Source of the DNA: Mobula hypostoma
Lineage: Eukaryota
Assembly (NCBI RefSeq): GCF_963921235.1
Contig: NC_086098.1
Location: 5,022,001-5,086,000 of the forward strand
DNA: 64,000 nucleotides
Reading direction: 5' to 3'
Part shown: in pieces, positions 26,574 through 37,670 of the stretch
Numbering within the stretch: position 1 is the first letter of the stretch
Layout: the number at the start of each line of letters is the position of its first letter
Made by a program: the position numbers and the translations under genes
Notes under the pieces: model-generated
Told to the model about the DNA's origin: nothing
What the model saw: the letters and a program-made list of their open reading frames with translations, nothing else
Database searches by the model: none

Positions 26574-28005
26574 CATGATCAACAGGAGGAGAAACTAAGC
26601 AAGAATTTAGTTTTTAAATTAAAATTTTAACAGGGCAGCTAACTGCACTGCCCATTCCTGTTCTGACATGTTGATCCATGGTCTCCTCGCCTGCCACAAT
26701 GAGGCTACTCTCAGGCTGGAGGACCAACACCTCATTTCCTTCGCAGTAGCATCCAGACTGATGGCATGAGCATCAATCCTTCTAACTTCCAGTAACTTTT
26801 CCCTTCTTCTTTCTTTTCCTTTCCTCATTGTTTCCCCTCTCACCCCTTCTTCTTGCCTCACACCCCCCTCTGGTGCCCCTCCTCCTTCCCTTTCTCCCAT
26901 GGTCCACTCTCCTCACCTATTAGATGACTTCTTCTCTCCTTTACCTCATCCACCTATCACCTCCCAGCTTTTTACTTCAATTTCCCTCCCCCCACCCGGC
27001 TTCCCTCTTACCTGGTCTCACCCATCATTTGCCCGTTTGTCCTCCCACCTTCTTAGTCTGGCTTCTTCCCCCATCCTTTCCAATCCTGATGAAGGCTCTC
27101 AGCCTGAAACGTTGACTGATTATTCCTCTCCTTCGATGCTGCCTGACCTGCTGAGTTCCTCCAGCATCCAGCATTTTGTGTGTGTTACTCCAGATTTCCA
27201 GCATCTGCAGTGACTCTTGTGTTAGTAAGAAAGAATTAATTATGTTCAAAGCTTCCTCAGCTATTGGGAGAGGGCAGATATATCAGCAGGGGTTGTTCAA
27301 GAAATAAATTCATTAACTGTCAATAACGTGTAAAAATTGCCACACACTTGGAAATTGAAATAAAGGGACTCCTGTATATGAGAAGAGAAATGTGTATCCA
27401 TATAAATATTTTATATAGTAATGATAAACTCAGGAAGGTTTCTCAGAAGATGAGAAGACAGATTCCCTGCAGAGAGAATTTAACAATTGTGTGGTTCAGT
27501 TGTTTGGAGGAGAAACAGCTGATTAGATTTGAATGTAGGACAATGCGCAGAGAAGCAGGTAGCAGTAATTTATCTGTTCGTGACAGGCTACCACTGATAG
27601 AGGCTGAGAGAGAGAAATAATTCTAATTATCATCAGTCAGATGTACAGGAATAATGAAATCCTGAACACTTTATACCCGAACAACTCCCAAGATCTTTAT
27701 CAGACGAGATTCTATATCAAACCACATGCCGGTTAACGACTGATGGCTTTTGTCCCAGTCCTCACCTTCAAATGGCCAGGAAGTCTCGGAACACAAGACC
27801 AAGAAAAATCAATTTAAAAATTGGAGCAACATCAAACTTCTGGATCCTTCTTGACCCTGCATTTGGGGAACTCTCCTCTCTCCCTCTTTCCCATTCAGAA
27901 CACACAGGAAAAGAATTTGACCATTCAATTGTGGCTTATTTTATTTTTCCCTCTCTTTCTCCTGCCTTCTCCCTGCAACCTTTTCATGTCAGGCATACAT
28001 GGAGT
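26574..28005 (+). repeat. Left arm of ~1.4-kb inverted duplication
   Basis: Reverse complement of ~34994-36433. ORFs 26899-27213, 27025-27249 and 27348-27620 translate identically to 35794-36108, 35758-35982 and 35387-35659. Contains a Penelope fragment (~26640-27220) plus non-repetitive sequence. Confidence 0.97.
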
Positions 28006-28020
28006 CATTATTTATTTATT

Positions 28021-29420
28021 CAACACACACAAAAGTTGCTGGTGAACGCAGCAGGCCAGGCAGCATCTCTAGGAAGAGGTACAGTCGACGTTTCGGGCTG
28101 AGACCCTTCATCAGGACTGACTGAAAGAAGAGATAGTAAGAGATTTGAAAGTGGGAGGGGGAGGGGGAGATCTGAAATGATAGGAGAAGACAGGAGGGGG
28201 AGGGATGGAGCCAAGAGCTGGACAAGGGAGAGGATCTTGGGACGGGAAGCCTAGGGAGAAAGAGATGGGGGGGAGAGAAGCCCGTGGAGAGCAGGCAAAG
28301 AGTTATAGTGAGAGGGACAGAGGGAGAAAAAAGAGAGAGAGAAGAAAAGGGGGGAAATATATAAAAGAAATAAATAAGGGATGGGGGTGTGAAGGGGAGG
28401 AGGGGCATTAATGGAAGTTTGAGAAGTCAATATTCATGCCATCAGGTTGGAGGTTACCCAGACGGAATATAAGGTGTTGTTCCTCCAACCTGAGCGTGGC
28501 TTCATCTTTACAGTAGAGGAGGCCGTGGATAGACATATCAGAATGGGAATGGGATGTGGAATTAAAATATGTGGCCACTGGGAGATCCTGCTTTCTCTGG
28601 CGGACAGAGCATAGGTGTTCAGCGAAACGGTCTCCCAGTCTGCGTCAGGTCTTGCCAATATATAGAAGGCCGCACCGGGAGCACCAGGTGCAGTATATCA
28701 CCCCAGCCGACTCACAGGTGAAGTGATGCCTCACCTGGAAGGACTGTTTGGGGCCCTGAATGGTAGTGAGGGAAGAAGTGTAAGGGCATGTGTAGCACTT
28801 GTTCCGCTTACAAGGATAAGTGCCGGGAGGGAGATTGGTGGGAAGGGATGGGGGACACGAATGGACAAGGGAGTTGTGTAGGGAGCGATCCCTGTGGAAA
28901 GCGGGGGGTGGGGGGGAGGGAGGGAAAGATGTGCTTAGTGGTAGGATCTCGTTGGAGGTGGCGGAAGTTATGGAGAATTATATGTTGGACCCGGAGGCTG
29001 GTGGGGTGGTAGGTGAGGACAAGGGGAACCCTATCACTAGTGGGGTGGCGGGAGGATGGGGTGAGAGCAGATGTGCGTGAAATGGGGGAGATGCGTTTGA
29101 GAGCAGAGTTGATAGTGGAGGAAGGGAAGCCTCTTTCTTTAAAAAAGGAAGAGATCTCCTTCATCCTGGAATGAAAAGCCTCATCCTGAGAGCAGATGCG
29201 GCGGAGACGGAGGAATTGCGAGAAGGGGATGGCGTTTTTGCGAGAGACAGGGTGAGAAGAGGAATAGTCCAGGAAGCTGTGAGAGTCAGTAGGTTTATAG
29301 TAGACATCAGTAGATAATCTGTCTCCAGAGACAGAGACAGAAAGATCTAGAAAGGGGAGGGAGGTGTTGGAAATGGACCAGGTAAACTTGAGGGCAGGGT
29401 GAAAGTTGGAGGCAAAGTTA
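28021..29420 (-). mobile_element. Penelope-like element, 3' portion (RT thumb, GIY-YIG, UTR)
   Basis: ORF 28808-29164 (RVPLVLTYHPTSLRVQHIILHNFRHLQRDPTTKHIFP); YIGKT motif at ~28650; terminal repeat sequence at 28021-28130. Confidence 0.9.
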
Positions 29421-30514
29421 TTAATTTATTTTTCTTTTTCTTCTTCTATTTTAAGTATTGAACTGCTACTGCTAAGTTAACAATTTAATGATAATAAACC
29501 TGATTCTGATTCTGATCAGAACTGGAAAGGAAGGGGGAAGAAGTCAGAATAAAAAGTGGGGGGGGGGGAGTGGGAGGAGGATAGGTGAAGCCAAGCGGAT
29601 GGGAAAGGTAAAGGGCTGGAGAGGAAGGAATCTGGTAGGAGAGGAGAGGGAACTGTGGGACATGGGTTTCAGCTAAGTTGGGCTGCACTATGGAATAGTT
29701 CAAAATTCAAAGTAAATTTATTATTGAAGTACATATGCGTACGTCACCATATACACCCCTGAGATTCATTTTCTTGTGGGCATTCACTGTAATTACAAGG
29801 AAAGGCAATAGAATCAATGAAAAGCTACACACTAAAGATGGACACACACACACAATGTGCAAAAAACAACAAACTGTAAATACAAAAGAAGAGAATAAAT
29901 AAATAAACAAACAAACAAACAAACAAGCAAGGAAGCTATAGATTACATGAATTGTAGAGTCCTTAACAGGGAGTCCAGCGATTGTGGAATCAGTTCGGTG
30001 TTGGAGTGAGTAACATTACCTCACCCACATATTGCAGCAGCATAGACCCAGATTTGACGCGGACGAGTGCGGTTCCCCTGGTTTGCCAGGGACCTCCTGG
30101 GTCTCCTTCCACTTCCCGGAGTGGTGCAGGTTATCAATTTAATTGTTCACTCTAAATGGCCCCTGTTGTGCAGCTGAATGATAGAATCTCAATCCGGACA
30201 CACTTCACCGAGGTCTTGCACAGAATGTCCTCAATATTAAATTGCTTCTAGCTAAATACCGTCTCCTCAACCTTTGGTCATGTATGCACCTTCCCATAAT
30301 GAAGCAGTGTCTAATTGTGTTAACATTCATATCAATTACTTTATTATTGATTTTAACCCTTATTTAGATGTTGTTCTTTTCTTTAGCATCAATGGCTGTA
30401 ATATATTTGGGAGTGGAATTGGTATTGGTTTATGTTTGTCACATACTGAGATTCAGTGAAAAGTGAAAAACTTGTCTTGCATACTGTTTGTACAGGTCAG
30501 ATCAGGCAACTGTG

Positions 30515-31160
30515 ATGTTGGCATTCACTTCAAGAGGACTAGAATATAAAAGCAAGGATGTAATTTGGAGACTTTATAAAGCACTGGTGAGGCTTCACTT
30601 GGAGTATTGTGAATAGTTTTGGGCCCCTTATCACAGAAAGGATGTGTTGACATTGGAGGGATTTTAAAGGGAATTCACAAAAATGAATCCAGGATTGAAT
30701 GGCTTGTCATATGAAGGGTAATTGATGACCCTGGTCTTGTACTCACTGGAATTCAGAAGAATGAGGGGTGACCTCATTGAACTCTACCAAATATTGAAAG
30801 GCCTCGATAAAGTGGATGTGGAGAGGATGTTGCCCATGGTGGGAGAGTCTAAGACCAGAAGACACAGCCTCAGAACAGAGGGGAGTCCTTTCAGAATGGT
30901 GACGAGGGGGAATTTCTGTAGTCAGAGAATGGTGAATCTGTGGAATCCTTTGTCACAGGCTGCTGTGGAGGCCAAGTCTTTATGTATATTTAAGGCAGAG
31001 GTTGATAGATTCTTGTTTACTCAGGACGCACAGGGATATGGAGAGAAGGCAGGAGATTGGGGCTGAGAGGGAAATTGGATCAGCCATGATGAAATAGTGG
31101 AGCAGACTCGATGGGCCAAATGGCCTGCTCCTGTTCTGATATCTCATGGTCTTATGGTCT
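30515..31160 (+). mobile_element. Degraded CR1 3' fragment
   Basis: ORF 30722-31066 (YSLEFRRMRGDLIE...NLWN) with an HER1-like tail. Confidence 0.85.
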
Positions 31161-31670
31161 GAATCATGACACAATACATTGAGATACAATAACGGTGCAG
31201 AATAAGTGTAATAATTAATGAGAAAGTACAAGTGCAGGTAAATAATAAGTTGCAACATTATAACGAGGTACTTGTGAGGTAGAGAGTCCATCATATCGTA
31301 CAAGGGGTCCATTTGTAAGTTTGTGTCATGGCTGATACTTAAATCCTCGTTTTGTGTTTTTCCTCTTCCTTTGAGACAAGCTGCCCCTGTGTAGTCTGGC
31401 TTTACGACAATTATCTTCCCAATAGAAGCATCAGCAGCTCGGAGTCAGCACTCTTGGACAAACTGAATACCCAGATTCTAGATTCCCCTTTCCTCAACTC
31501 AAAGATTCGAAGTGGATTTACTGTCAAAGTATGTACACACAATACAACTCTCAGATTCGTCCTCTCACAGGCAGCCATGAAACAAGAAAACCATGGAACT
31601 CATTCAATGAAAACATCAAATGCTCTACCCGCGAAGAAAAAAAAAACAAATTGCGCAAACGGCAAAAAGC

Positions 31671-32203
31671 AAGCGAACCGCGCGAGTGGAGCAGCTGGGA
31701 AAGGTTTCACCGCTAATATCATGGTCTTTCTGTAGAAGCAGTGTTTGGGTTATGGTTAGAGATAATGGATGCTTCGGAATGCGAGCTGGGTCTTTTGTTC
31801 GGTGTGAGATGGAGAGAGAAGATGCTGGAAAGAACGGGTGGTAGGATACAACCCGGTGGGAGGTCGTGATTCGATAGAGCTGGACAGCGAGTTCGACTGA
31901 GGATCGGTGAATTGATCTCCAACTGGTGCACATTTGACTGTTTAATTATAATGGACCCGTTTTGTTCTTTTCTTTCTTTTCTTTACTAACCCTTTAGTGA
32001 AAGATTCATAAATATAATTCCTTTAATTGTATGCAATGTGCTGTCTGTTGTTTCTTGGCATCGAGTTGTAAGAGGATTGCAAATTACATGGCATGCACAC
32101 ACACCGAGGTTTGGGGAGGGAGACAGGCTCAATCTCGCTGGTTCAGCAGAACCGGAGTGTGTCTTCCCCAGTCTTACGCAGCTAATGAAACCAGCGGGGT
32201 TTC
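31671..32203. mobile_element. Unclassified ~530-bp insertion, possibly a solo LTR
   Basis: CpG-containing block that interrupts a LINE 3'-tail. Ends gaaccgc...gcggggtttc are weakly inverted. No clear TSD. Confidence 0.3.
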
Positions 32204-32783
32204 GTATACAATACGAATCATCAAACCAGGAGACCAGCAGTATTGAACTTAGTTCAGTTCAGCACTGCACTGCTAGCCAGTGCAGGCCACAGAGCAAGTC
32301 TTCACCAAAGTGGCCCAGTCTGCATCGATGAAACCGTTAAAAATTCAGCAAAAAAAGCAAATCCAGAAACACATGCAGCAGGAACATCAAAGTCCCCCAA
32401 AAAACAAGTCCACAGCCATGAGCCTCACCAATCAATCCTTGCAACATGGGACCCAGGACTCCTGCACTTCCCTCTGACAGTAGAGGAAGAGTAAGACCGG
32501 TCAAAGCCAAACACCAGCCTGTCCTCCACTCCACTCTTGTCTTCATCGACTTCAATCTTGCTCGACGCCTCAGTCAGAGAGAAGCAACGGAGTTGATCAG
32601 GGCTCACACCCTGTCTCCAGCTTCCAGGCTGCTAGGCCGAACACTCAGCTCCCAACCTCACTGAACTCCCTCAGAGACGTCAAAGCACCAGGTCACTCAA
32701 TTAGCCCCAAAAAACACCATCCAAATGTAAATCACACACAGATTAGTAATAGAATCATATTTGAAAGAAGTATAGCACAAACT

Positions 32784-33722
32784 TATTAACGACATGGATG
32801 TGGGGGGTAGAAGGGTGGGTTGGCAAGTTTGCAGACGACACAAAGGTTGGTGGTGCTGTAGATAGTGTACAGGATTGTCGAAGATTGCAGAGAGACATTG
32901 ATAGGATGCAGAAGTGGGCTGAGAAGTGGCAGATGGAGTTCAACCCGGAGAAGTGTGAGGTGGTACACTTTGGAAGGACAAACTCCAAGGCAGTACAAAG
33001 TAAATGGCAGGATACTTGGTAGTGTGGACAAGCAGAGGAATCTGGGGGTACATGTCCACGGATCCTTGAAAGTTGTCTCACAGGTGGATAGGGTAGTTAA
33101 GAAAGCTTATGGGGTGTTAGTTTTCATAAGTCAAGGGACAGAGTTTAAGAGTCGCGGGGTAATGACGCAGTTCTATAAAACTCTGGTTAGGCCACAATTG
33201 GCGTACTGTGTCCAATTCTGGTCGCCTCACTATAGGAAGGACGTGGAAGCATTGGAAAGGGTACAGAGGAGATTTACCAGGATGCTGCCTGGTTTAGAGA
33301 GTATGCATTATGATCAGAGATTAAGGGAGCTAGGGCTTTACTCTTTGGAGAGAAGGAGGATGAGAGGAGACATGATAGAGGTGTACAAGATAATAAGAGG
33401 AATAGATAGAGTGGATAGCCAGCGCCTCTTCCCCAGGGCACCACTGCTCAATTCAAGAGGACATGGCTTTAAGGTAAGGGGTGGGAAGTTGAAGGGGGAT
33501 ATTAGAGGAAGGTTTTTCACTCAGAGAGTGGTTGGTGCGTGGAATGCACTGCCTGAGTCAGTGGTGGAGGCAGATACACTAGTGAAGTTGAAGAGACTAC
33601 TAGACAGGTATATGGAGGAATTTAAGGTGGGGGGTTATATGGGAGGCAGGGTTTGAGGGTCAGCAGAACATGTGGGCCGAAGGGCCTGTAATGTGCTGTA
33701 CTATTCTATGTTCTATGTTCTA
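32784..33722 (+). mobile_element. CR1 (subfamily 'A') 3' fragment
   Basis: [10 protein letters not shown]...GGYMGGRV, with a (TTCTATG)n tail. Confidence 0.95.
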
Positions 33723-34054
33723 TAAGCACCATCTTCTGGGTGTCCAGAACCAGAGGCCACAGTTTAAGAATAAGGGGTAGACCACTTAGAACAGAGTTGA
33801 GGAAAAACTTTTTCAAACAGAGGGTTGTGGTTCTGTGGAATGCTCTGCCTCAGAAGGCAGTGGAGGCCAATTCTCTGGATTCTTTCAAGAAAGAGTTAGA
33901 TAGAGCTCTTAAATATAGCGGAGTCAAGGGATATGGGGAGAAGGCAGGAACTGGATACTGATTGTGGATGATCAGCCATGATCACAGTGAATGGCAGTGC
34001 TGGCTCGAAGGGCTGAATGGCCTACTCCTGCACCTATTTACTATCGTGTATTGT

Positions 34055-34930
34055 CTACAAATTTGCTGATGATACAACCATTGTTGGCAGAATCTTAGAT
34101 GGAGATGAGAGGAGATGGGAGGGCATGCAGGAGCGAGATATATCAGTTTACAGAGTGGTGTCACAGCAATAACCTGGCACTCAACGTCAATGAGACCAAA
34201 GAGCTGATTGTGGACTTCAGAAAGAGTAGGATGATGAAATACAAACCAATCCTCATAGAGGGATCAGAGGTGGAGAGAGTGAGAAGTTTCAAGTTCCTGG
34301 GAGTCAAAATCTCTGGACCTAACATGGACCCACCCATATCGATGCAGCTATAAAGAAGGCAAAACAGTGGCTATATTTCATTAGGAGTTTGAGGAGATTA
34401 GGCTTGTCAACTACAACACTTGAAAACTTCTATAAATATACTGTGGAGAGCACTCTGACTGGTTGCATTATCAGCTGGTATGGTACAAGATTGAAGTAAG
34501 TTGCAGGAACTTGTAAAATTAGTCAGTTGCATCATGAGTACTAGCCTCCAAAGTATCCAAAACATCTTCAAGGAGCAATGCCTCAGGGAGGGGGCATCCA
34601 TCATCAAGGATCCCCACTGCCCAGTCCATCCCCTCTTCTCACTGTTACCATCAGGTAGGAGATACAGAAGCCTGAAGGCACACACTCAGTGATTCAGGAA
34701 CAGCTTCTTCCCCTCTGCCATCCGATTCCTAAATGGACATTGAACCCATGAACACGACCTCACTACTTTTTTATTTCTGTTTTTGCACTAATTAATTTAA
34801 CTACTTAATGCATATATACTGTAATTCAGATTTTTTCTCCATATTGATTTATCGTGTATTTCATTGTACTGCTGCTATAAAGTTAACAAATTTCACGGCG
34901 TATACCCGTGATACTAAACCTGATTCTGAT
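34055..34930 (+). mobile_element. Rex1/Babar-type LINE 3' fragment
   Basis: YKFADDTTIVG, WCHSNNLALNVNETKELIVDFRK, SFKFLGV and LLPSGRRYRSL motifs; (CTGATT)n tail. Confidence 0.85.
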
Positions 34931-34993
34931 TGAGAAAAGAAGTAGTTTTATGGTCTGTCTGAAGGACATAGCCATTGGTTGTGTTGTTCACTG

Positions 34994-36550
34994 GCTCCAT
35001 GCTGGCATCTATGCCTAACGTGCTGGGAGAAATCAGGAGAATGAGAGGGAAAACTAAAATCAGCCATGATCAAAAAGCCCAGCACACTTGGCCTAATTCG
35101 CTCCCTCAGTGTTCTGAATGGGAAAGAGAGAGAGAGTTCCCCAACTGCAGGGTCAAAAAGAATCCAGAATTTTGATGCTGCTCCAATTTTAAATTGATTT
35201 TTCCTGGTCTTGTGTTCCGAGACTTCCTGGCCAGTTGAAGGTGAGGACTGGGACAAGAGCCATCAGTCGTTAACCGGCATGTGGTTTGATGTAGAATCTC
35301 GTCTGATAAAGATCCTGGGAGTTGTTCGGGTATAAAAGTGTTCAGGATTTCATTATTCCTGTACATTTGACTGATGATAATTAGAATTATTTCTCTCTCT
35401 CAGCCTCTATCAGTGGTAGCCTGTCACGAACAGATAAATTACTGCTACCTGCTTCTCTGCGCATTGTCCTACATTCAAATCTAATCAGCTGTTTCTCCTC
35501 CAAACAACTGAACCACACAATTGTTAAATTCTCTCTGCAGGGAATCTGTCTTCTCATCTTCTGAGAAACCTTCCTGAGTTTATCATTACTATATAAAATA
35601 TTTATATGGATACACATTTCTCTTCTCATATACAGGAGTCCCTTTATTTCAATTTCCAAGTGTGTGGCAATTTTTACACGTTATTGACAGTTAATGAATT
35701 TATTTCTTGAACAACCCCTGCTGATATATCTGCCCTCTCCCAATAGCTGAGGAAGCTTTGAACATAATTAATTCTTTCTTACTAACACAAGAGTCACTGC
35801 AGATGCTGGAAATCTGGAGTAACACACACAAAATGCTGGATGCTGGAGGAACTCAGCAGGTCAGGCAGCATCGAAGGAGAGGAATAATCAGTCAACGTTT
35901 CAGGCTGAGAGCCTTCATCAGGATTGGAAAGGATGGGGGAAGAAGCCAGACTAAGAAGGTGGGAGGACAAACGGGCAAATGATGGGTGAGACCAGGTAAG
36001 AGGGAAGCCGGGTGGGGGGAGGGAAATTGAAGTAAAAAGCTGGGAGGTGATAGGTGGATGAGGTAAAGGAGAGAAGAAGTCATCTAATAGGTGAGGAGAG
36101 TGGACCATGGGAGAAAGGGAAGGAGGAGGGGCACCAGAGGGGGGTGTGAGGCAAGAAGAAGGGGTGAGAGGGGAAACAATGAGGAAAGGAAAAGAAAGAA
36201 GAAGGGAAAAGTTACTGGAAGTTAGAGGGATTGATGCTCATGCCATCAGTCTGGATGCTACTGCGAAGGAAATGAGGTGTTGGTCCTCCAGCCCGAGAGT
36301 AGCCTCATTGTGGCAGGCGAGGAGACCATGGATCAACATGTCAGAACGGGAATGGGCAGTGCAATTAGCTGCCCTGTTAAAATTTTAATTTAAAAAGTAA
36401 ATTCTTGCTTAGTTTCTCCTCCTATTGATCATGGTGACAAAAAACAATTTAAAAACTGAGCAATATCATTCTTCTTGATCCTTGTATACTCACCATTATG
36501 TGAAGGGAGTTCTTCTTTTCCTCTCTTTCCTATGCCTGCAAAGCTGGCGT
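34994..36550 (-). repeat. Right arm of the inverted duplication
   Basis: Reverse-complement match to 26574-28005 (core near-identical) and to 23276-23420 (diverged). Confidence 0.95.
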
Positions 36551-36555
36551 AGATG
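36494..36555 (-). other. Candidate small exon of an unidentified host gene (62 nt, or 42 nt from an internal acceptor)
   Basis: Acceptor cttcttcctttccAG, donor ATG|GTGAGTA, open frame IYASFAGIGKRGKEELPSHN. The paralogous copy at 23276-23331 (+) reads AFLAGMGMREREKLPSQN with the donor changed to GAGAGT. Confidence 0.45.
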
Positions 36556-37331
36556 CTGGAAAGGAAGAAGTGCATTTTCTGTATGCTCCAGTTCCATCTC
36601 ACATTCCAAACAGAACAGAATTCATTGAGATTGCCATGCTACCCCAGTCCATGCAAAACAGATATTTGTAAGGCATACGGTACCGCTTAATTAAAATAAT
36701 TCTGTATTTACATGCAACACGTGACCTTGAAAGTTCTCAACTCTCGGAGCCCAATGGCCAGCAAGAATATAGCAATATTCAGCTGCACAACAGGCCTCGG
36801 GAAGAAGCAGTTTTTCAGTCACTCTGTCTTGGCTGGGGTGTTTCTCTGTCTCCTACCAATTGGCAGCAGATTGAACAGACAGCTTCTGGGATGGGATGGG
36901 GCTTTAATGATGTTACGAGCACTCTGTAGGCAGCGATAGTCTCTGGGTCCAGTAGTTGAGTCTCAGTGATATGCGGAGATATCCCATCACCCGTTGGAGT
37001 ACTTTGTGACCTGTCTTGCTGCAGCTAGAGTCCCACACTGTCATTCTGTATGTCAGTATGTTCTCCATCGCACATCGACCAAAGTTGGCCAACAATTCTT
37101 GAGGCAGATCAGCTTTCTTTAAGCACCTCGGGTAGTACAGTTGCTGTTGTCTGAAGACACTCAGGTTAGGGTTAATAAACTGTGGGCGTGCTATGATGGT
37201 GCCAGAAGCATGGTTAACACTTGCGGGCTGCCCCAGCACATCTTCAGGCTGTGTTGGTCATTCAGACAAGATGATGCATTTCACTGCATATTTCAATGTT
37301 CCAAAATACATGCAACAAACATAACTAATAT

Positions 37332-37660
37332 TGTCAGGCCTGCACAGGTAGGCACCTGACAGTCCCCTCCTAGCTAACATGAGTTCACCTGCCACTCATT
37401 CCTTACTTATCACCTGCAGCCTATTTAAACCCAGCTCTCAGCCACAGTCCTTTGTTCACCCATTGAATCAGCCAGCCTCATTCGGTTGCTCCAAGCCTTT
37501 GCTTGCCTTGTTGCCTCATCATGTTGAGTACCATCGGTCCTCTCATTTTGTGGCCCTCCATAGCTTGTTATTTTGAAGTTTGTTAGTAAAGTGAATGCTC
37601 ACCACTAAATCGTCTTCACTGCTCTGCTTTTGGGTGCAGGCTCCTTTACATTTTCTGACA
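37332..37660 (+). mobile_element. Solo LTR of the same Gypsy family as 23421-26560
   Basis: TGTCA...TGACA ends with a perfect 5-bp TSD AATAT. TATTTAAA and AGTAAA signals. cacctgcagcctatttaaacccagctctca matches the reverse complement of ~26450-26485. Confidence 0.92.
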
Positions 37661-37670
37661 AATATTAAGT

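Noticed and set aside
27348..27620. 90-aa ORF present identically twice (35387-35659) as a conserved gene
   Set aside because: Identity simply reflects identical DNA in the duplicated core; non-ATG start and no recognisable domain.
27766..27832. Signal-peptide-like leader exon on the minus strand (MLLQFLN*FFLVLCSETSWPFEG|gtgag)
   Set aside because: In-frame stop in the left arm and a frameshift in the right arm; no Ig-like or other recognisable exon follows.
36497..36555. Homeodomain-like N-terminal arm LCRHRKERKRRTPFT in an alternative frame of the candidate exon
   Set aside because: It is followed immediately by a stop, the paralog changes mostly first codon positions in this frame, and no helix-3 WFxNRR exon was found.
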